A stretch of DNA of 59,268 nucleotides, counting the filler, from Bipalium vagum (Eukaryota), in NCBI GenBank assembly GCA_037834085.1. It is 3 parts of 3 records of this genome, joined end to end, with 100 filler letters (N's around TTAATTAATTAA, not from the genome) between each part and the next. Parts side by side here need not be neighbours in the genome. Positions count along the whole stretch, not along the records: positions 25,134 to 43,453 come from JBBMKC010032685.1; positions 43,554 to 59,268 come from JBBMKC010140784.1; 1 more part is not named here. One strand, written 5' to 3'. The notes beneath the pieces are model-generated. The model searched no databases. It was given only the letters and a program-made list of their open reading frames with translations, and was not told the origin of the DNA. Made by a program: the position numbers and the translations under genes. Positions 38,940-52,319 of this stretch are shown here, in pieces (the stretch's first letter is position 1; every line of letters begins with the position of its first letter).

Positions 38940-39331
38940 CTGATAATAACTGAAAATTTACTGCATAAACATCTCTTTCCGAAGACGGTGGAGAAGCTCT
39001 GACTAGATCAACTTGTATTTTTACAGGCCTCGTCAATATACTTGAACCAGCAGGCCGTCGATATTCAGCCCTAAAAGATGACGGTGATATTACAGTATGA
39101 ACCACGCCTGGACTCGATAATAAACTCTGGACTAAATCGGCTTTAAGTCGATTAATTGGGCGGTCTTTAATCATAGTTACATAACTGTTGTCCTCATTCA
39201 TTGATGATGGTAACATTGAAATAATTGTGGGGTTAGTCGATTCTGTTTGCTCATTCAACGAGGTTATTGTGTTGTTAGTATGATTTGAAATTGGATTAAG
39301 AAAGGTTTCGAACCAAGATTTATTTGTCAGT
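38940..39331 (-). CDS. brsk: BRSK/SAD kinase exon (autoinhibitory KSWF segment plus KA1 domain)
   Basis: tttcag|A...TCAG|gtaata. Encodes LTNKSWFETF...IKDRPINRLKADLVQSLLSSPGVVHTVISPSSFRAEYRR...RPVKIQVDL...YAVNFQLLSG. Confidence 0.92.
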
Positions 39332-39749
39332 CTGAAACAAAAAAATTCAGACTAAGCAATATTATAAATTGTTTTTTCTTAAAATAGAATATTTTTCCAG
39401 TCAATAAAATCATTATATTAACATAGTGGTAGGTAGTGCTTTTTCTATAAAACAAAGAATGTCATATAAGGAGAATTTTATTCACATAAAATTTATATCA
39501 TAAATAGAATATCAGATATAGAATAATAATGGTGAATATCAGTGGGAGAGTTTTGCTTGATGCTTCTTTAATATTACTTCAATTTGTGGCCCAAAGTGAG
39601 AAAGACTCTTAACCCTTCTTCGACGACTTTAAGCATTTCATGATTTTATTTTTAATGTTATTATGATAAGAAAATCTCTCTTCAGATAGATACGAAGTTA
39701 ATAATTGCAGTAAGACCTTGATTGCCTTTTTACTAAGAGTATTAGAGCA

Positions 39750-40860
39750 TTGCATACATCCTGGCATAATTTAAAAACGCTAAAATTAAATAAAACATCT
39801 TTATTAATGAATTAATTACATAATCACCATTCCTCTCTACAAGTATTCTCCAACGTTCTACAAGCTGTTTGAACCCATATTGATTGAAATTTCTTGGCTC
39901 CATCAGAAGTATACGTTTTCCCACTCAAACTGTTGTGTGTAAAGACCGGAATAAATAAAAATCAGAACGAAGACGCAATATCTGGAGAGTATAGTGGAAA
40001 ATTTTACATTCAAATTCTTGCAGTTCTCGCAGTGGCATCTGGAATTCTCTTTGTAAAAGATTTTTTTATCGATTGTTCATTGTCGGGCGTTTTTGATGAA
40101 TATCAGTGTAGAGTTAAATGAGTTTCGCCGCCTAGGAATTGTTGAAAATAAATAACGTTCTTGCATTCAAATCAAATACTCAGCAACACCTTCACCAGAT
40201 GTAGGCAAGTCTTGCAACTGTTTTTTACTTTCAACTACTTTTTAACTGATCTTTACCAGCGTACGTTATTATACAGAATCTTTTCATTACCTGTGACTAA
40301 TCTGTCCAAATTATTCGTTTGATTTGCTTGTAATGAAGCAAATAACGAGATTCATGCTGTTTAATTTATCCGTTTCCTATAATTTATGAGTAATCAATTT
40401 TTCATTCTTGGATATATCTACACTTGTTAAATGGCGAAATGCACTCAGTTCTTTTGCTACCTCGTCTGTTGAAATCCGTAAATTATTTTTTTAAGGAACA
40501 AATTATGTTCTCATCAATAACCGAAAGCCGTTCAGAACGATGTTGATCTTCGACGCTAAAGTTCCCATCACGAAAACTTGCAAACCATCTTTTAATGGTT
40601 CGAAGAGAAGGAGTAGCATTTAAGTAAACGCTTATAATGGTTTTACACGTGGCTCCAACGTTCATTATTTCCCGAAATTTAAAAAATATGACATGGCCTA
40701 AATGCATTTTTATGTTAATATCTTGAAATATCACTGAAATTTTAAGTTATTTTAAAAAATTGTATTGAAATATTACTAGATTATTATATTTATATTATAA
40801 CTTGTTGGATACAAAAATTTATTTTTAAAGCATGACTACTCACATAAACATACACTATTT
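39750..40860 (-). mobile_element. degenerate full-length-type mariner
   Basis: PSLRTIKRWFASFRDGNFSVEDQHRSERLS, a decayed VTGNEK motif, and GFKQLVERWRILVERNGDY. Confidence 0.8.
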
Positions 40861-41113
40861 TAAATTTTGTTAGACCTTTTGAAAAAATCTAATAGATATA
40901 TTAAGCTTACACCTCACACCCAATCTTCTTAAATTCATAAGATTTATTTTTATAAGAATTTCAAGACTAAAAATAATTTATTTAATAACTACTTTTGCGT
41001 TTTATAAATGACAGAAAAATTTTATTTAAAATTATTGATTTCCTTGAAAATTAATTAATAGTTAATTATTTCTAATGTAAAAATAAATTTTTCGGAAAAG
41101 AAAAATAACTTAC

Positions 41114-41622
41114 AAAGGCGATGAATCTGGTGAGGATTCTGCAGTTACTTTTCCTGTACCTGTACTACTACTACTACTACTCCCGAAAACGGTTGTAGTA
41201 TGATTGGAGTTATTTGCTGACGAGGTAGAATTTTCATTAGCATTCACCATTTTCATTTGAACACCATTATCGATCGGAGTAGGTTGTTGATTATCAATAG
41301 AAGATGTTGATTTCTTCCTGTGAAATCTTGGTGAACCAAGAAATGTCATTTTCAAATTGCTGAGTCTTGCTCGCCATGGTTGTGGTGACGCTGGAATTGA
41401 ATTTTGTAAATTACATAAAGATGGTACGTTAGTGGTGGTTGTAGTTGTGGTGGTAGGAACAGAATTAGTTGAGGAAATTAATGATGACGAAGTTGTTGCG
41501 GATGTTGTGGTCGTGGATGCTGCTGTTGTTATCGTTGATGTCAATGTTAACGATGTTGAAACACTACATTCACCGGCCGATGAAATTGATTTATTTGATA
41601 AATCACTCTGAGTAGATGGGGT
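41114..41622 (-). CDS. brsk: BRSK/SAD kinase exon (Thr/Ser-rich linker, short conserved region)
   Basis: ttag|ACC...CCTTT|gtaagt. Contains [23 protein letters not shown] and ESSPDSSPL (BRSK [22 protein letters not shown]...PESSPEL). In frame with the next exon. Confidence 0.9.
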
Positions 41623-42599
41623 CTAAATAAAAGATAAAACGATACAATCAATATTCATTCATGAGAATAAATAATACAAACAGTCTCATTAAAATATATA
41701 AACATAAAAACATATAAAACAAAAATTATGACAGACGACTTTCATTTTAAAGATCACGTATATTTTATAAAACAAAAAAATCCTTTATAATCGTTCATCT
41801 TGTTGCAATACACATTTCTCTTTTAGATATAAGTTTTTATAGGGAAATCATAAAAATATTGAATTTTGAAAGCAAAGTTCAAAGGCATTTTTTTCTGTTA
41901 ACAGAAAACAATCTGCTTTTGAGGAATTTGTCAAGGGTCTGAAATTTATTTAACTGTTTCATTTATAAGTTGTTTTATTGTCTGAAAACCTGGAAACTTT
42001 AGCTTTCAATGACCAAGCAGATCTGACCAACGATTCTGAGACATTTAGTACCTAGTGCAGCCGGATCGTTGTCGCATGTGGATGCTCCTGGTATTAATGA
42101 TAGGAAATCCAGTTGATATTAGCGTCAGACTTCGCATTTCAATAGTGTCGTTGCCGATGATTGAATTGCAGCACCGTTAGCAACTCAATGGAAAGTATAT
42201 TATCTTTCGATAGATATCAGTGATGTGAAAATGCTTGTCATTGCCAGTTTTTGCTGGATACATGAATTTGAGCTTCCCACTCATATCATCATTATCTTTC
42301 TCCACTAATCTTTTGGTAAGATTTAAAGATGTATGATATAACAGTAATGTGTAGATAGCGATACTCTAGCCTTGACTCTTATTTTTTCAAAATTTTTTCA
42401 GTTAAACATATTGAAAGAAAGTCTACATATAAAGGATTTATAAAATTTGTTTTGTTAGAAGAAAAATTTATGAAGATATCAATTAAAGAATTAAAAATGT
42501 TAAAAAAGAAACTAAAACTTAACAGAATTTGAAGTAAAATAGCAGAAAACTGATGAAGAATATATTTCTCTACAAATTGATTGCATAAGAATTTTAGAT

Positions 42600-43453
42600 G
42601 CATTTAGAATTTTCACACTATATAGTTCAGAATTTATAAAATCAACTTTAGAAGAAGTCTGTAAAATTTTAAAAGAATATAGATTTTAAAAATATGAAAG
42701 AAATTTATCCTTATGAATATATTCAAACAGAAGGTGATTTCAATAAAATCGTAAAAATAATGAAAGTAGAAAATATTCCACCTTATGAAAAATTTTACTC
42801 TACTTTAAAACAATCAAACATGGGAGAAGAAAATTATGTTCAAGGCCAAAAGGAATTCTTTTAAAAAGGAATTCGTGGAGTAAGTTCTGTTTTAGGTGAC
42901 AGAAAAATAAAATGTAATAATAAAAAAGTGAATCCAGATTTTAATGAAAATTTAAAAATTCCTAATGAAGAAGAATTTAAAAAAATAGTTAATGATTTTC
43001 AAGTTTCGCTTCTTCAACATCAATGATGTTCTAAAATGTATAAAAATTTTGATATAACAAATATTTTTAAAGAAAATTATTTATATTATGATGAAAATAG
43101 TTTATATCCTTCAGCAATGATAGATGAATTACCAACTGGGAAAATAAAATGAATTAAAGAAGATGAAACAAATTTTAAATATGAAAAAACATTAGCAGGT
43201 GAAAACAATCCAAAATATGTTTATGAAGTTGATTTAGAATATAAAAAGGACATGAAAGATAACACAACAAAACATTATCCATTCTGTCCTGAAAAATGTT
43301 TACCAAATGAAAATGAATTTAGTGATTATCATAATGAAATGAAAAATATTAGACAAACACTATAAACCTAATGAAAAATAAATATAATTATGTAATTGAA
43401 GGAAGGATGTTAGATTGGTATTTAGACCATGGAATGAAATTAATTAAAATTCA
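42600..43453 (+). mobile_element. Polinton/Maverick protein-primed DNA polymerase B relic
   Basis: KEIYPYEYI, IPPYEKFYSTLK, KGIRG, motif A YYDENSLYPSAMIDELPTG, YEVDLEY...YPFCPE and LDHGMKLIKI. Contains stops and an internal deletion; cut by the gap. Confidence 0.85.
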
Positions 43454-43553
43454 NNNNNNNNNNNNNNNNNNNNNNNNNNNNNNNNNNNNNNNNNNNNTTA
43501 ATTAATTAANNNNNNNNNNNNNNNNNNNNNNNNNNNNNNNNNNNNNNNNNNNN
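43454..43553. other. assembly spacer 44N-TTAATTAATTAA-44N
   Basis: Seen directly in the sequence. Confidence 0.95.
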
Positions 43554-44299
43554 CAATAATATTTGGTATTATATGTAACTTTTTTATAAGTCAAATGTAA
43601 AGTGTTCAATAAATTTGAAAAGGACTATATACTAAACTAATCTTTAATAGAAAAATTCTTTCTCTTGAGCCAAAATGTAGTATAAATATATAAATATATA
43701 TATTAAATAGCTCAGTTAATCGATTCGATTACTTTTATTTATAAAAATAAATAAAGAATTGAGGTTCTCAGAGATATAAGAAATCCGAGTAGCCCTAAAA
43801 TGTTTTCTTTTGCCCAACTGTTTTAATGAATATCTACGTTCTTCACATATGCATGCTTCATTGACCAACTTTGGGTATTGTGATATTTAAAGTAGTATTG
43901 TGTTATGGAAATATTATATGGAATATTATTATTGTTTTAAATTATTTTTAATTATTCCAGTAGCAATATTTATATTTTCATAAAAACGTTTTTCATTATG
44001 CAAAATCTGTATATCGAAAAATAATAAAATAAGAATTCGTACAAAAAAGATATACTTCATCTTTCACATAGACATTGAGTCTGACTGCCATTTTTAGTAA
44101 AAAGATACATGTTCTACTGATGGCTCATAATTTGCGGAATTTTGCATATCATTACTTAATACTTAATTTTTAACATTAATAAACATAATTAACTAAAAGA
44201 ACAGTAAACATTTCAAATTTAGTAAATTATAACATTTTCTTTTCGTATTATTTTAGATAATTATTAATTATAGTTTTCATGAAAATACTGGTTAGAGAA

Positions 44300-45350
44300 T
44301 CATTGTTGTACGAGTCAGTCATACTGCGGTTAGAGTTATTTGAAATATTTTGAAAATCAAAGGAGATGTGATTAACAAAAGTATGAATGGTTCCAAAAAA
44401 TTAGAAATGGTGGTTTTGACTTGGAGTATATGCCATGTGTATTTGTAGCTCATGTTTGCTTCCAAAGTATTGAGGGAAGTTGTAGAAAGCAATCCATCAA
44501 CCAATATAAAACAAATTATCTGCAGAAGTTGTTGTTTCTAAGGAAACCGTTCGGGGAAATTTTCATAAGCTGGGAATAATAAATAAGAGTTCCTATGTGT
44601 TCCTCACAATTTAACAGAAAAACGGATCACATCATTTATTGTCTCAAAATATACACTGTTCTTCGATAAGTAAATCAAATACTTTGGTGATAAATAGCAC
44701 GCTGTAGTAGATAATAATTGTGAATATATCATTTATTAATGTAACGTGTAAAAGTATTAATTTTGTAATAAACCAGGATAATTTCTGACTTACTTAATAT
44801 ATGAAGAAAATTAGAATTACTACAACAATCAAAATATTTCAAAGTAATTAATTAAACAAAATCTGCAAAAAAGTCATAAAAGCAAGCCGCTTTGATAAAA
44901 ACGCAGTTTTATGTATTTGAAGGGTTAATTTATTTCGAAAATTTCCATGGAAGTGTAACTATTAATCCTGGCATATATTGCCTTATATCGATAGAATATA
45001 CGATGTTATGTATCAACAATATTCAACATTAACCAATCGAAAATGACTTAAACTTCAGTAAGACAATTATAGACAGCATTCGGCTATTACAGATAACGCA
45101 AAATTAACAGTAATAATAAGTCTTACTACATCAACCATATAGTCCCAAGATAATACAATCAAATTTACACTTATTTCAATCAATTTTCACTTTTTAAAAG
45201 GAAGGAAATTTCAAATTCTCAATGCTATTGAAAAAGTATGTTAATAATTCTTTGTATCCATGGATACGGTATGGTATCAAAATAGTTTTTATAACTTGCA
45301 GAAAGTTAATTCAAGACAGTTAAACATGCTGGATTGCATATTGATGAATA
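44300..45350 (+). mobile_element. highly degenerate mariner
   Basis: WFQKIRNGGFDLE, CVPHNLTE, DNAK and LLHQPYSP remnants. Confidence 0.7.
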
Positions 45351-45952
45351 ATATTCATTCTTATTAATACTCATTCTCTACACTAATAATTGAGAGCAAA
45401 ATATTATAGTTTTATTATAAATATTGCCGTCAAAATCGAATAATAATAGGAAAAAAACTACCAAGGTACACTGAAATTGACTTCTAAGGGAAGTGACCTT
45501 GTAGAAAATAATGATATCTTTTTGAACAAAATATTATTCCTTCTGTGAATTGCTGGCGTATTGAAAATTTTTTATTTTTCTGAAATCTTTTAAAATTTTC
45601 ATTATAATTATAATAATAATTATTATTATTTTCTTTTTAATATTATATGCAATAATTCTTAATTTTGACAGTTGATAATTTGATTTTCAGATTTCATTTT
45701 CAAGCAGGCTTAATTGTCAATTTTATAAATTTGCCTAAAATAATCAAAACATAATGCAATCTCATCTAAGAAAACTCTTGAAACCGTTTATATAATCATA
45801 AAAATCAGGATAATAATGATCAAAAAATAAAAGATTATTATTTATTATTAGTAATAATTGTTATTATAGTAAATAGAAATGGAAAATCGAACAATAATCG
45901 AAATTATTTCTTCATTTGTTTTAATGTTTACTATATTCTTATATTATTTCAG

Positions 45953-46072
45953 TCAGATATCAATGAATGGTCATTTGATGTTTTCAAACTCGACGATATG
46001 TCTGGTGGGCATTCATTGAGATTTATTGGACTGGATCTTTTCTTAAGATACAATTTTATTCACAAATATAAG
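45953..46072 (+). CDS. pde1: Ca2+/calmodulin-dependent cyclic nucleotide phosphodiesterase PDE1, catalytic-domain exon (not in the ORF track)
   Basis: tttcag|...AAG|gttatt, 120 nt. Encodes SDINEWSFDVFKLDDMSGGHSLRFIGLDLFLRYNFIHKYK (PDE1 DVDKWSFDVFALNEASGEHSLKF...RYDLINRFK). Confidence 0.85.
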
Positions 46073-48369
46073 GTTATTAGTTGTGTGAATTTTCAATATT
46101 TATCATTATTTGTTAGATTTCTTTCATATATTTTCCCAAATAATTTTAATATTACATTTAATATTATGTTTTAATTTAATTTTATATTGTACAAAATAAA
46201 AATTATTATTCTTATTGACGATACTTCGAGGATGATGTTTTTGGAAATTTAATAAACGAATTGTTAAACATTATTATTTTTTTGTGTTTAATTTATATTT
46301 ATATTTTAATTAATAAAATAAATATTTTTGTGATGAACGTCTTTAACCATAAATAATTCTCCATCTATAGGAAAACATATTTATTTATTATTTTATTTTA
46401 TTTATTACTTTTTGTTTAAAAAACTGGATACTTATAAATAGATGAATAATTACCCCTGAAATGTACTTTCATTTAACTGCACTGTGGAGAATGTCTAATA
46501 TTATTTATTTTGTTGAGGAATAATTCATGAGCCTTTTTTAAGGATAGAAATATATTCATAAATAAAAAGCTTTCACAAAATATTTTATGTTAATAGGTAT
46601 ATTGATTCTTGTTTTAACAGATAATATATTTGAATTTAATTTTTGTTTAATTTTTGCTCTCATTTTCAGCTCATAAAATGAAATTTCAGGTTGATGAAAT
46701 TGAGCATTTCGACACAATAGTATAAAAACCACAGTGTCTTTAAAAATTAACATGAAATAATTCAACTTAGAAGCTTCTAAAAATCCGAAAAAAATGAAAA
46801 ATATATCAATAAATTATTTTAAGATTAAATTAATAAACTTTCTACTAACAAAATTCTCTACTGATCATTCTTCTTGTCAACATTTTATAAAAAAATCATT
46901 TTTATTTTCATACTTTTCTTTATTATCACACATGTTTTAAACGTTTATTATATATCAATTTATTTATTTATATTTCATATTGAAAAAAATATTTCCAATT
47001 ATATTTTTTTTGTTTAACACATTATAAGAAATTATTTACATAATATCATTTTATTTAAGATTTGAATTTAATGTTTTTTTTAATTTAAAACGTAATATAT
47101 AATAATAATTTATTTTAAATAATATTTTTTATTGAAAAACAATGAAAATATAAAGATGATTCTTAAAATGTTGATCCACAATCTCAAAAAATTCAAAAAA
47201 TTGAATCAGAAAGAATTTCGCATTATTACGAAAAAACAAATTGTTGTAGAATTTTAAAAAATCAAGTAAATAAGATATTAAAATAAAATTTTCAAATAGG
47301 AAATAAAAAGATTTCGATATACTCGGTATATTAAATATATATATTAATATTTTATATTAATATATATTAATATATTTCGGTATATTAAATTATAAAGAAA
47401 ATTTGACAATAAAACATGTATAATATTTATGATAATAAACAACTTTTATTTAGTTAATATAATTAATATTAAGATTAATAATTAAATATGAGAAATAAAT
47501 AATAAAATCTGTGCACTGATTTGAAAACAACACGAAAAAGGAAATCGATAACAATATAAATTAATTTTTATTGTAAAATAACTTTATTTTCCTGTTCAGT
47601 AAAACAAAAAATAAAACCAAAAAAAAATATAACGAAATTAAACAATAAGAGATGAATAATAATTTTTATTATATAACTTATTTTTAAGGAGCTGAAACTT
47701 TATTAGATAACATTTTTCCATATTTCCTAGGGGAATTTCTGAACTGGTTAGTATCATCCATCTATCCCTTAAGTAATAATCATAGAATTATTATTGGTTA
47801 ATAATTATTATTCATTTTAATTAACTATATGAATAGTATTGTTATTATTATGAATATTAAAATATTTTTAGAATTTCTATATATAATATGTCTCAGTGAA
47901 AATTTTTATGATCACAAATATTTTATCAAACATCAATATTAATATTTCTTGAATTTTCAAGAAAGTTTCGTCAGAATTTTGTCAATAAAGTAATTATTAA
48001 ATTTACATATTAAATTTACAGACAATAGAAAACAGTTAGACTCAATTCTTTTATTCTAAAATTTATGATTTCTAATTATTCAATTTTAATCCAACAGCTT
48101 CCGTTATAGAAATAATAATTTATTTACCAGACGACAATTTTTAACGATAATTTTCAAATAAATTCCCTTTTGGAAATTTTCTTTCTTTTCTAAAATCTTC
48201 TATAATTTGTTTTAATCTACAATCAGACAAATATTTATGATTGGTTATTGGATTAAAATAACTTTTATATTAATTGTTAATTTATTGATTATAAAAAATA
48301 TCTGATATTAAGTAGCTTTTGGGAATTTATGTTTTTGTAAAATAACGTTCTATTGTTTATTTTATTAAG

Positions 48370-48510
48370 ATCAATCTACAATATTTTGACAATTTCTTTC
48401 AAGCTCTTGAAGCTGGTTATAGCAAATATAACAATCCTTACCACAATCTCGTTCATGGAGCAGATGTTGGACAAACGATCCATTACATGATATATACATA
48501 TCAACTAAAT
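48370..48510 (+). CDS. pde1: PDE1 catalytic-domain exon with the YHN metal-binding motif (not in the ORF track)
   Basis: ttaag|...AAT|gtcagt, 141 nt. Encodes INLQYFDNFFQALEAGYSKYNNPYHNLVHGADVGQTIHYMIYTYQLN (PDE1 LEVGYSKYKNPYHNLIHAADVTQTVHY). Confidence 0.9.
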
Positions 48511-49808
48511 GTCAGTTTGTTAATTTTTCAATTTAATCTAATTTTATTAATTAATTTTATTTTTATTAATAATTATTTGATAATAAAATAAGTGATAGAA
48601 AAAAATATGAAAGGAAAAATAAGAACATGAAATATACTGAAAGTTTCTTAAAGACCTTAAAATAGATTAAGATGAGTCTACAGAAAAGATATCATAAATA
48701 TAATTGCAGAGTGTCAATTAAGTAGCTTTACAACTTTATGAGTAAATTACAAAATACCTTATAATTTTTTTATGAAAACAAAGACATACACACAGCACAT
48801 ATTTTTAAAATGTTCTCCTTCAGTTTCCTTGAAGCGATATAATTCAACAGAAACAAAAAACAGGTTTTAAGCAAACTTTGATTGACATATTGATAAATAC
48901 ATCAATGAGTTTTTGTTTCAAACCTTTCAATGGAAGAATTTTGAGAAACTGTCTTCTTAAAAAAGCCCATTGATATAAGGTCCGGTAACTTTTCTTTGCA
49001 TGAACAATATTAATAGGTGATCTGTGCATTACACGTTGTATTCTATGACAATATGATATGTGGTGTTCTATTGAATTTTCTTTAACATAATCTTTTATGC
49101 TTTCAACTTGTAAAGATATAAAAATAAAAGTAGTTAAAATTAATAATAAAAGAGTAAATTAATAATTAATTGTAAACAATTAAAAAAGTAGTAAATAGTT
49201 GAGTTAATTAATAATACATAATTAAGTTATTAAATATAGATCAGATATTTGTAAGAAATTATTTAAATAGTGATTTTAGTTACTTTAAAAGGATAGAATG
49301 GAGATAGTTAAGTTTGAGTAGTCAACCAATGTTACTAAACAATTTAATTGATCAAGAAGTTCATTATAAAAGAAATTAACCTAGTAAAAGAGAAAAGCAG
49401 AAAACCACTTATTGCATACTTAACAATTTAGTTTAATCAATCGGCATAAAAAGTATTAGAAATAATTCCAAATGAACAGGAATCTTTTAAACTGAGTAAA
49501 CAAAGCCATACAGGTTCATGAATATAAGCCCGTGGAATAGTAGACAGGGTCGTCAAAATTTTCAGTTTTATTTATTTAAAAGCACTTAACTAATACCAAA
49601 AAAAAATCTTTTGATTTGATTAGCTTTTTTGTTTTATTTCAATTAAGAATATTAATTATCAATCAAGATTAATATTTAAGGAACATTAAATAACTTATAA
49701 TTAAAAATAAATAAATACTTGAAATATCATAAATAAATAAAAGTTAAAAATTCTTTGATTCAAAATTCAGATCGTATCATAATTAGGCGAACTTTATAGA
49801 TGGATTAA

Positions 49809-49852
49809 TCAGATTATCTTTAGTTAATAATTATTAACTAAAGATAACCTGA
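49809..49852. repeat. perfect 34-bp palindrome (49814-49847), extendable with one mismatch
   Basis: TTATCTTTAGTTAATAA|TTATTAACTAAAGATAA. Confidence 0.9.
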
Positions 49853-50999
49853 ATTTCAATTATCTACCTAAGTAATGGGAAAAGTATTCTGGTGTTCTGT
49901 GAGCTTGTGAATGATTGAGAAGGATACAACATTTTATTATTTACAGCCTGTCACAATTGACAAATCCCACTACATTCTTCAAAGTCTTAGGTTTGGAATT
50001 GTTTTAATAAACTCCTTTCTCCTTGATCGTCATTCATCTCGGATTTTCTTAAATCTCTTTTCACCCAGTATCGGTTGATGTACCTGCGATCGAAATTTTT
50101 TCCAAAATTAAAGTGAATATACGAAAGTACTCATGATCTACCTAATGAATGAATGGGAAATTATTCTGGCTTTATGTGAGCTTGTGTGTGATTGAAGAGT
50201 CTTATAGATAGGGACTTGAGTACTACATTAATGTATTGAAAAGTGCAAATTTAAGGAAAACCACCTTCATCACCCAACGTAACATATACTAATAGTTATC
50301 AATTAATATGCACAGCCTTTTGAAGGTATGTACAATTATTTTTCCACAGCTTATAAAGACCAAAGGCTTTCGGCTTTAATTGTTATTTCCACTTCCTTTT
50401 AAAGAAATGTATTTATTTATTTTCAAAAATTTGAAATATTATAAATGTATTATTATATCTCGCTATGAATTGATATTTGAGAACTCCTTTAGAATTGCAA
50501 AATTTTAAATAAAATTATATAATTTTTTTTACTATTATTTTAATCCAAAAATGAAATAAAGTAATTCTTGTATATTTAAATTTTTTTATTTTCTGTTAAG
50601 AAATTCAATTTTTAACTCGTAGAGTTTGTTTATAATTCATTTGGAAGAATAAATTTTATTAAATGAAAATGTCACTTTTTCCCAATTTCCCATTAACATT
50701 ATCTTTTTTATAAATGGAATATTTTTTATTTTTTATCAGTGGTTTGGGCTGTATAAAATTTATGTAAATGAATAACAATAACATAATGACCATACTTCAG
50801 CAATTCCCTAACTATAAGATATTTTGATTAAAAAAAGACATTAATTATTATCAATATTTTTTTAAACATGTGCAAAATAAATATTTATTTTTATTATTAA
50901 ATAATTCAAAAAACAAAAATTGTTTTTCGATCTTACACCAATAAACTTTCACTTGTTCAAATATTTGGGGAACTTCCCCAAGAAAAATGTTGGAGCATA

Positions 51000-52050
51000 A
51001 AACTTGTGCCTGTAATTTGTCTAGCGATAAAAAAGGCATATGTGATTTTCTTTTTGAAGAAACTCAAATTGGACTATTACTTTGATTAATAATTTTTTGT
51101 TTGATTATTTTTGTACAACTTGCTTCGAGATACCTATGGAAAATATGTTCCTTCGATGACCACTTGTAAACATTGGTTTTGCCGTTTTAGAAATGGCCAA
51201 TATGATACGAACAACAAGGAGCATGGAAAACCACAAAACAATGTGAAGATAGAGATTTGAGAAAGCTGTTGGACGAAAACCCATGCCAAACACAATCTGA
51301 TCTGGCTGTCGCATTAAATGTGACTCAACAATGCATTTCAAAACGTCTGGTAGCTTTAGGAATTATTCAAAAATTAGGAATTTGGATCCAACATGAATTG
51401 ACAGAAAGATGCATTGAATGGTTAAAAACCATTTGTGAAGTCCTTTTTCAGAGACAAAAAAAGGAAAAGTTTTTTGCATCGAATTATCACAGGAGATGAA
51501 AAATAGATTTTTATGACAATCCAAAACGCAAAGCATCTTGGATGATGCCAGGTGAATCCGGTCCATCGACACCGAAACAAAATGTCCACGGCTTGAAAGT
51601 TATGTTGTGTATCTGGGGGATCAGAAAGGAATGATCTATTATGAATTTTTAAAATCTTCTCAAACACTAACTGATGAACTTTATCGATCACAATTAATTC
51701 GTTTGAAGTAATCTTTGAATGAAAAACGACCGGACTGGGTGACTAGACACGAAAAGATAATTTTACAACATGACCACACGTTAATTCAGTTGTAAATAAT
51801 TACTTAGAAGGTACAAAGTCTTACCTCACCCGCCCTATTCACCAGTCATCCCTCCTTCGGATTACCATTTATTCCGCTCTTTGCAATCAGCACTTTCTGG
51901 AGAGCGGTCCCGTTCCCTTGAAGACCTCCATAATTAGATTTACAGTTGGATTTTATCAAAAGAACTAGAGTTTTCTTTTATAGAATTCATTCGTTACCTG
52001 AAAGGTTGGCAAAGGTTGTAGCTTCAATGTAACATATTTTCAATAAATGT
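51000..52050 (+). mobile_element. mariner, Mos1/mauritiana-like, near full-length pseudogene
   Basis: WFCRFRNGQYDTNNKEHGKP, LLDENPCQTQSDLAVALNVTQQCISKRL, FLHRIITGDEK*IFYDNPKRK and HPPYSPVIPPSDYHLFRSL. Confidence 0.9.
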
Positions 52051-52319
52051 TTTATATAATAAATGTCTCATGTTTTTAATGATAATATTTTGCTGATTTC
52101 ATTTGGATTGATTTTGAGTTCAGCAATTTCTTTCTTTTGGAATTCAAAAATTAAATAATAATTCTAACATCCTGTAATCAAAAAATTCGTGCGGCTTTAT
52201 GAAGTATGCCCTAAGTATGTTTAAATAACAGCCTTTACTTTTAATAAGAAACATATTTTATAACGTAATTTTATAATTCATCTTTATTAATTTTCTTTTT
52301 TATTAAAATCCAAAATGCT

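Noticed and set aside
48844-49110. Possible hAT fragment on the - strand
   Set aside because: Motifs are too eroded to assign by eye.
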